Assembly (NCBI GenBank): GCA_002842145.1
Contig: PHCF01000006.1
Coordinates: forward strand, 3,983-67,982
Length of the DNA stretch: 64,000 bases
Source of the DNA: Betaproteobacteria bacterium HGW-Betaproteobacteria-6
GTDB lineage: Bacteria > Pseudomonadota > Gammaproteobacteria > Burkholderiales > Rhodocyclaceae
Reading direction: 5' to 3'
Below are positions 57,613 through 64,000 of this stretch, one piece after another. Made by a program: the position numbers and the translations under genes. How positions within the stretch are numbered: position 1 is the first letter of the stretch; every line of letters starts with the position of its first letter. The notes below the pieces were generated by a model. It had not been told where the DNA came from. It searched no databases and saw nothing but the letters and a program-made list of their open reading frames with translations.

Positions 57613-59640
57613 ATGAGGTCTCAAATGCAAGTCCTTTTTTCCCCTGCTGTCGCCTTGATGAACCGTCTGCGCTACACCAGCAAGTTCTTGCTGCTGGGTT
57701 CGGCGGTATTCCTTGTCTTGGCCGTCTTGCTTTATTCCGTATTTTCTTCGCTGAGCCGGGATATCAACAGCGCTCAGCAGGAACTGGCGGGACTCGAGAT
57801 GCTCAAGCCGCTCAACCGGATGGTGCAGATGATGCAACAGCACCGCGGCCTCTCTTCCGGTGTCTTGAACGGCAACGAGGCGATGAAGGAAAAACGGGCT
57901 GCCAAGGAAAAGGAAGTGACCGATTTTGTCGCCGCAACCGATGCCGGCCTGTCGGCGACCTTGCGCGACAGCGCAACCTGGAAATCCATTCGTCAGGATT
58001 GGGGGGCCATTCAGGGGCAGGGCCTGGCCTGGACGCCGCCGGAAAATATCAAGCGTCATTCGGCCATGATTGCCAATGCCCTGCAACTGATGGTCGACAT
58101 TGCCGACGAGAGCCAGCTGACGCTTGATCCGGTCATGGATACCTATTACTTCATGGATTCCATCGTGACCAAAATGCCGGCCATGCTGGAGCCGATGGGC
58201 GTGACGCGGGCGCGGGGTACCGGTGTGCTGACGAAGAAGGAATTGTCGCCGCAGATGCGTATCGACATCGCCTCGCAGATTGCCCAGATGAACGGCACGC
58301 TGCGCGCCCAGAACGCCAATCTGGATAAGGTTGTTCGTATCGTGCCTGAACTCGGGGCATCGATTTCGGGGCCGGCAAAGGAGTTTACGGACGGCGCCGA
58401 GCGCGTGTTTGCCCTGCTTCGCGACGACATACTGGGCGAAAAATTCACTACTTCGCCGCAGGACTATTTCGCCATGACCACCCAATTGATCGACGTTGGT
58501 TACAAGGTCATGTTCGATACGCTGATGCCGCAATTCGAAAAGCAGTTGCAGCGCCGCGTCGATGAAGCACGTCGGCTCCTGTTTATGGAGCTTGGCCTGT
58601 CTGTTCTGGTAGTCATGCTCGTCGGCTATCTGGGGATTGGCACCTACTATTCGGTCATCAACAGCGTGGCTGATTTTTCGCGGGGAGCCAGTCGTCTGGC
58701 CGACGGCGACCTGACTGCCGAATTCGATGCACAAGGGGTCGATGAATTGCACTCGGCCGGCAAGGATTTCAACGGCATGGCGGCGGCGTTCCGCAAGTTG
58801 CTTGGCGGCGTGCAGAGCGATGTTGGACACCTCAATCGGGCGGCCGAACAACTGGCTGCATCGAGCCAGCAGATCTCGGCCGGGACAGCGGCGCAAAGCG
58901 ATGCTGCCTCCAGCATGGCAGCGGCCGTCGAGGAAATGACCGTGGGTATCGACCATATTTCGCGCAATGCCCAGGACGCCCAGCAGTATTCGCGGGAATC
59001 CGACCAGGTCGCGACGCGCGGCGGCCAGATTGTCCAGAGCGTCGTCAGCGAAATCCAGGGCATTGCGCTGACCGTCAACGAATCGGCGGCCGCGGTCGAA
59101 GCGCTGGGCGAGCAGTCCGGACAGATTTCGACCATTGTCGGCACCATCAAGGATATTGCCGACCAGACCAACCTGCTGGCGCTCAACGCGGCCATCGAGG
59201 CGGCGCGGGCCGGGGAATCGGGCCGCGGCTTTGCCGTGGTGGCCGACGAAGTCAGGAAGCTCGCCGAACGCACGGCCAAGTCGACACAGGAAATTTCAGA
59301 CATGATCGCCGCTGTTCAGACCGGCACGGCATCCGCCGTCTCGAGCATGAAACAGGGCGTGCACCGGGTTTCTTCCGGGGTTGCCCAGGCGCAGCTGGCC
59401 GGCGAGACCATTGGTCAGGTTCAGGACCGATCACGCCAGGTGCTCAACGCCGTTTCCGAAATCACCAATGCCTTGCGCGAACAGGCGGCGGCCAGTACCG
59501 AAATCGCCCAGAACGTCGAGCGGATTGCCCAGATGGCCGAGGAGAACAGCGCTGCGGCCGGCGGCAATGCGGCAACCTCGGATACGCTGCGCAAGTTGTC
59601 GCGGACCTTGACATCGGCCATCTCGCAGTTCAAGACCTGA
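57613..59640 (+). CDS. Methyl-accepting chemotaxis protein with an N-terminal helical (NIT-like?) sensor and HAMP
   Basis: Signalling hairpin [35 protein letters not shown]-terminal roughly 300-aa periplasmic helical domain between two TM helices. Confidence 0.9.
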   Translation: MRSQMQVLFSPAVALMNRLRYTSKFLLLGSAVFLVLAVLLYSVFSSLSRDINSAQQELAGLEMLKPLNRMVQMMQQHRGLSSGVLNGNEAMKEKRAAKEKEVTDFVAATDAGLSATLRDSATWKSIRQDWGAIQGQGLAWTPPENIKRHSAMIANALQLMVDIADESQLTLDPVMDTYYFMDSIVTKMPAMLEPMGVTRARGTGVLTKKELSPQMRIDIASQIAQMNGTLRAQNANLDKVVRIVPELGASISGPAKEFTDGAERVFALLRDDILGEKFTTSPQDYFAMTTQLIDVGYKVMFDTLMPQFEKQLQRRVDEARRLLFMELGLSVLVVMLVGYLGIGTYYSVINSVADFSRGASRLADGDLTAEFDAQGVDELHSAGKDFNGMAAAFRKLLGGVQSDVGHLNRAAEQLAASSQQISAGTAAQSDAASSMAAAVEEMTVGIDHISRNAQDAQQYSRESDQVATRGGQIVQSVVSEIQGIALTVNESAAAVEALGEQSGQISTIVGTIKDIADQTNLLALNAAIEAARAGESGRGFAVVADEVRKLAERTAKSTQEISDMIAAVQTGTASAVSSMKQGVHRVSSGVAQAQLAGETIGQVQDRSRQVLNAVSEITNALREQAAASTEIAQNVERIAQMAEENSAAAGGNAATSDTLRKLSRTLTSAISQFKT

Positions 59641-60175
59641 GTGCCTTCCGGCGCCGCCAGGCGCTGATCAGGTAGACGCGCCATGCCGCTTTCATGACGA
59701 AATAGCCAGTCACGGCCAGCCCGCTGGCGAGCAGGATGAGGCCGATGCCGAGCGGCTCTGCGACGCTCAGCATCCACGTTTGCATGGCCTTGCTCCAACC
59801 GATGAAATCCGTTGCGCTGAAGGCCGGGGGCGTTATGAATCCATTGCTTTCGCCGATGGTCAGCCGGCCGATCTGGTAGGCCAGGAGGTAGAGCGGAACG
59901 ATGGTGAACGGATTGGTGTAGAGCGTCATCAAGATGGCCAGTGGCAAATTGACGCGAAAGGCCAGCGCGCAGCCCGCGGCGCCAAGCATTTGCAACGGCC
60001 CGGGGATCAGCCCGCAGAACAAGCCGACGGCCACCGCGCCCGCCGCCGAGTGGCGGTTCAGGTGCCATAGCCGCGGGTGCAACAGAGACGATTCAAAAGG
60101 CTTCAACCAGGGGTTGTTGCGGATCGTCTGGTGATCGGGCAGGTATTTTTTTAGGGTCCGGCGCATGGCGGCCAT
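59630..60175 (-). CDS. DUF2062-family membrane protein
   Basis: [20 protein letters not shown]...[33 protein letters not shown] matches the DUF2062 pattern. ATG 60166 is an alternative start. Confidence 0.7.
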   Translation of the reverse strand: MAAMRRTLKKYLPDHQTIRNNPWLKPFESSLLHPRLWHLNRHSAAGAVAVGLFCGLIPGPLQMLGAAGCALAFRVNLPLAILMTLYTNPFTIVPLYLLAYQIGRLTIGESNGFITPPAFSATDFIGWSKAMQTWMLSVAEPLGIGLILLASGLAVTGYFVMKAAWRVYLISAWRRRKALRS

Positions 60176-60255
60176 TTTAACCCGGCCAGCAAAGTCGGCA
60201 CGCCAGTGCAAACGGCAGTCCTTCTTGCGCACGATAGCCAGTTTATTATGACGGC

Positions 60256-62504
60256 ATGCGCCTGAATATTCTCGCCTTCGCTGCCGGTATCCTTGGCGTA
60301 CAGATGCAGCCGGAGTTGCCCGGCTGGGCGCTGTGGGCGATTGCCGGGGTATTTCTTGTGCTGCCGCGTGCGCGCTGGTCGGGCTGGCCGGTTCGCGGGC
60401 TTGCTCTGTTGGGTTGCCTGGCGCTCGGCGTCGCCTGGGGCGGCTGGCGGGCGGAAAGCCGGCTGGCCGATCAGCTCGGGGCCGAGTGGGAAGGACGCGA
60501 TGTCGAGGTAGTTGGCGTTGTCGCCGGTTTGCCGCAGGATTTCAGCAACGGGATTCGTTTCGAATTTGACGTAAATTCCCGGTTGACCGTGGGATCGGTC
60601 ATTCCGGAGCGGATCATGCTCTCGTGGTACCAGAGCAGGCGCGACGAGGGGCAGCTTGAGCGTCGGATGGTCCGGCCCGGCGAGCGCTGGCGTTTTACGG
60701 TGCGCCTGAAGCGGCCGCACGGCAACGCCAATCCGGGCGGCTTCGATTACGAAGCCTGGCTGCTCGAACGGAATATCCGGGCAAGCGGCTACATCCGCCC
60801 GAATCCACCGCAACGGCTCGACGACATGGTGTGGCGGGCGGACTACGCTTTCGAGCGGATGCGTCACGCCATCCGCGATTCGTTTGCCCGGCTGTTACCG
60901 GAAGCCGACTATCCGTGGGGCGGGGTGCTCGTGGCGCTGGTCATCGGCGACCAGAAGGCGATACAGGGCGATCAGTGGACGACCTTCAACCGGACCGGGA
61001 CGACGCACCTCATGTCGATTTCCGGGCTGCATGTGACGATGGTTGCCGCCTTGTTCGGCTGGCTCGTCAATGTTGGCTGGCGGCGTGTGCCGGTGCTGGC
61101 CCTGCGCCTGCCGGCGCAAAAGGCCGGGCTGCTCGCCGCGGGGCTGGCGGCATTCGCTTATGCCTTGCTGGCCGGCTTTGCCGTGCCTGCCCAGCGCACC
61201 CTTTACATGTTGCTGGTCGCCGCCGCGGCCATGCTTTCGGGGCGCATCGTGGCGCCGAGCCGGATTCTTTGTCTGGCTCTGCTCGTCGTGCTTGTTCTTG
61301 ACCCATGGGCAGTGCTCGCGGCCGGCTTCTGGCTGTCCTTCGGCGCCGTCGGCGCGCTGCTCTATATCGGCTCGGCGACGGTCGGCGAGGCCACCGGATG
61401 GCGGGCAAAATTCCGCGCCTGGGGCGTCGTGCAATGGGCCGCGACTCTCGCTTCGCTACCCGTCCTGCTCCTCGTCTTCCAGCAATTCTCGCTGGTCTCG
61501 CCGCTGGCCAATGCGCTGGCCATTCCGGTCATCAGCTTCATCGTCACGCCGCTCGCCCTGTCCTGACCTGGTGCGCCGGCTGGCCGGTCTGGCTGGCGCC
61601 GGCACCCCCGCTGTGGGCTGTCCTGGCAGCCGGTCTCGGTGCGGCCATCTGCCTGCTGCCTCGCGGGTTGCCCGGGCGCTGGCTGGGGGCGATGCTGTTC
61701 GTGCCTGCCTTGTTCTGGCCGGTCGACAAACCGCCAGAGGGCGAGGCTTGGATCAGTGTGCTCGATGTCGGGCAGGGGCTGGCCAGCGTCATCCGGACGC
61801 GTGAACACACCCTGATTTACGATCCCGGGCCTCTCTACAGCGCCGAATCGGATGCCGGTCAGCGCGTTGTCGTGCCTTATCTGCGCGGGCTCGGGATCGG
61901 TCACGTCGACAAGCTCATGGTGACCCATCGCGATGCCGATCATGCCGGTGGAACGGCTTCGGTGCTGGCGGCACTGACGGTCGATGAAGTCGTTTCGTCG
62001 GTCATCGGGATTGATGGGCAACCGTGCTCCGCCGGCCAGCGCTGGGTTTGGGATGGCGTAGTTTTCGAGGTGCTGCACCCGCTGGCCGAGGCCTATGCCG
62101 CGGCCGGCAAGTCGAATCATCTGTCCTGTGTGTTGCGCGTTGAAGCGGCAGGCCATCGCATGCTGTTGACTTCCGATATCGAGGCACCCGACGAGGTAGC
62201 CCTTGTCCAGCGTTATGCGGACAGGCTGGAGGCCGATGTCCTGCTCATGCCACACCATGGCTCGAAGACGTCGTCTACGCCGGCTTTTCTGCAAGCGGTC
62301 GGGGCGCGTCAGGCGGTCATCCCGGTCGGCTATCGTAACCGCTTCGGGCACCCCAAGGCTGAAGTGCTGGCGCGCCACGAAGGCATGGGTGCCGAAATCT
62401 GGCGAACCGATCGTGATGGTGCCGTGCGCATCCGGCTTGGTGCGGGCGGTGTCGGCTTGTCAGCCTGGCGGCAGGAACATCGTCGCTACTGGCATGGCCG
62501 GTGA
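60256..62504 (+). pseudogene. comEC: ComEC/Rec2 DNA-internalisation channel, interrupted by a frame change near 61565
   Basis: ORF 60256-61566 carries the competence TM domain (TTHLMSISGLHVTM). ORF 61305-62504 carries the metallo-beta-lactamase domain (VLDVGQGLASVIRT...THRDADHAGG...MPHHGS). Span is 2249 nt (not a multiple of 3). Confidence 0.75.
60576..60595 (+). repeat. Dispersed motif copy: TTCCCGGTTGACCGTGGGAT (inside comEC, sense)
   Basis: 17-mer CCGGTTGACCGTGGGAT is identical to the core. Encodes VNSRLTVGS. Confidence 0.8.
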
Positions 62505-62528
62505 TACATTTGAAGCGGAGGAAAAAAG

Positions 62529-63383
62529 ATGCAATTCAAACAACAGATCGTGCAATGTCTCGGGCCGTCCGGCCTGCACCGCATGGCTTACACTGAGTGG
62601 GGTGCCCGCGACAATCCGCGTGTCCTTGTCTGCGTTCATGGCCTGACCCGCAATGGCCGCGATTTCGATGCGCTGGCCGAGGCCATGTCGGGACACTACC
62701 GGGTGATTTGTCCGGATGTTGTCGGCCGCGGTCAAAGCGGTCATCTGCGTGATCCGGCAGCTTACGCCATCCCGCAATACGTCGCCGACATGGTGACGCT
62801 GATCGCCCGCCTCAATGTCGAGACTGTGCATTGGGTCGGCACGTCAATGGGCGGCCTGATCGGCATGGCGCTGGCGGCCCAGGAGGGGACGCCGATCCAC
62901 AAAATGGTGCTCAATGATGTCGGGCCGGTGATCACTGCCGAATCGCTACAGCGCATCGGCACCTATGTTGGCACCGATCCGGATTGGGCCACCTTCGACG
63001 AGGCACTGGCTTTCGTCAAATTCGTCAGCGAGCCCTTTGGTGCGCTGACCGAGGCGCAGTGGTATCACCTGACCGAAACCAGCATTGTCCAAGGCGCCGA
63101 CGGTCGCTGGCGTTTCCGTTACGACCCGCGCATCGCCGAGCCGTTCCGGGCTGCCTTTGCCGACAAGGATGTCGACCTCTGGCCGCTCTACGAGCAAATC
63201 AAATGCCCGACGCTGGTCATTCGCGGCGCCCAGTCGGATCTGCTGACCCGCGACACTTGGGAAAAGATGGCTTCCTGCGGTCCACGGGCAAAACTGGCCG
63301 AAATCGAGGGCGTCGGTCATGCCCCGATGTTCCAGTCGGAAGACCAGATCGCTGTCGTTCGCGATTTCCTGTTGAGCGCATGA
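62529..63383 (+). CDS. Alpha/beta-fold hydrolase
   Basis: VCVHGLTRNGRDFD and nucleophile elbow GTSMGG. C-terminal GVGHAPMF. Confidence 0.8.
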   Translation: MQFKQQIVQCLGPSGLHRMAYTEWGARDNPRVLVCVHGLTRNGRDFDALAEAMSGHYRVICPDVVGRGQSGHLRDPAAYAIPQYVADMVTLIARLNVETVHWVGTSMGGLIGMALAAQEGTPIHKMVLNDVGPVITAESLQRIGTYVGTDPDWATFDEALAFVKFVSEPFGALTEAQWYHLTETSIVQGADGRWRFRYDPRIAEPFRAAFADKDVDLWPLYEQIKCPTLVIRGAQSDLLTRDTWEKMASCGPRAKLAEIEGVGHAPMFQSEDQIAVVRDFLLSA

Positions 63384-64000
63384 AGCACATCAATATTCAC
63401 GGGCTGAAGCTCGAATATCGCGATTTCGCGTCTACCGTCGATGGGCGGCCGACGCTGTTGCTGCTCCATGAAGGCCTCGGTTGCATCGGCATGTGGCGGC
63501 ATTTTCCGGAAAAACTGGCTGCGGCAACCGGTTGCCGGCTGATCGTTTGGTCGCGTGCCGGTTATGGCGGTTCGCAGGCCTACCCGGAACCCCGCACGCC
63601 ACGCTACATGCACCGCGAGGGCGAGGAAATGCTGCCGGCGCTCATCGCCGGGCTGGGCATCGAGCGGCCGTTACTGATCGGCCACAGCGACGGCGGCAGC
63701 ATTGCGCTGATCTTCGCCGGCGCTTTTCCGGAGGTGCCGCTCGGTATTGCCGCCATGGCCCCGCACGAGTTTGTCGAGGAGGTCACGCTGGCCGGCATTC
63801 GCGAGGCCAGAGCGGCCTGGCAAACGACTGATTTGCCGAAAAGGCTGGCGCGATACCACCATGAACAGACCGAACGCGTCTTCCTCGACTGGAACGATAC
63901 CTGGCTGTCACCGGCTTTCCGCGACTGGAACATCGAGGCCTGCCTGCCCCGAATTCGCTGTCCGGTGCTCGCTATTCAAGGTGAGGACGATGAATACGCC
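63380..64000 (+). CDS. Alpha/beta-fold hydrolase (3' end outside window)
   Basis: My own translation from ATG 63380 (ATGA overlap): MKHINIHGLKLEYRDF...LLLLHEGLGC...LIGHSDGGSIAL (GxSxG)...VLAIQGEDDEYA. Open to the end of the window. Confidence 0.7.
   Translation, partial: MKHINIHGLKLEYRDFASTVDGRPTLLLLHEGLGCIGMWRHFPEKLAAATGCRLIVWSRAGYGGSQAYPEPRTPRYMHREGEEMLPALIAGLGIERPLLIGHSDGGSIALIFAGAFPEVPLGIAAMAPHEFVEEVTLAGIREARAAWQTTDLPKRLARYHHEQTERVFLDWNDTWLSPAFRDWNIEACLPRIRCPVLAIQGEDDEYA

Overview
High-GC chromosomal segment. Gene content fits a betaproteobacterium of the Rhodocyclales type (Dechloromonas/Azospira-like), but this is inference because the window has no rRNA or tRNA to confirm it. I support about 60 protein-coding genes and saw no rRNA, tRNA, CRISPR array, transposase or integrase.

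Main blocks:
- 1-8.3 kb: an HD-GYP protein, a mini-secretin and a NemR/NemA/YqhD-type electrophile-response operon with twin TAGAC-N5-GTCTA operators.
- 8.3-27.3 kb: 15 co-directional minus-strand genes for tri/dicarboxylate catabolism. They comprise an OprD porin, PrpF, a 2-hydroxyacid dehydrogenase, MFS, TcuB, TcuA, LysR, an adenylosuccinate-lyase/CMLE-family lyase, CitE-like lyase, family III CoA-transferase, MaoC hydratase, TRAP DctMQP and a second PrpF, plus a divergent LysR. I read this as a possible tricarballylate/aconitate -> itaconate -> citramalyl-CoA route.
- 27.4-30.5 kb: an AT-richer orphan hybrid histidine kinase.
- 31-36.5 kb: housekeeping genes metY, mnmC and lysS.
- 37-41 kb: an oxidative/chlorine stress module (msrA, methionine-rich MXKDX peptide, YedY-like Mo-oxidoreductase, cytochrome b, divergent ECF sigma SigF/NrsF) with two perfect divergent GTAACC-N16-CGAA promoters.
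- 43.9-64 kb: prfB, PFOR with a DHOD-like gene, a PEP-CTERM protein, recJ, an M48 peptidase with two YbjQ genes, lolCD, an MCP, comEC and two hydrolases.

Two observations are not explained by the annotation:
- A 19-30 nt motif (TTTGGCC-N6-7-CCGGTTGACCGTRGGAT) recurs at least 7 times, in both genes and spacers.
- Between 42.7 and 61.6 kb there are four single-nucleotide reading-frame anomalies: three split genes, plus a prfB whose only ATG is already in the +1 frame although a perfect frameshift cassette is kept.
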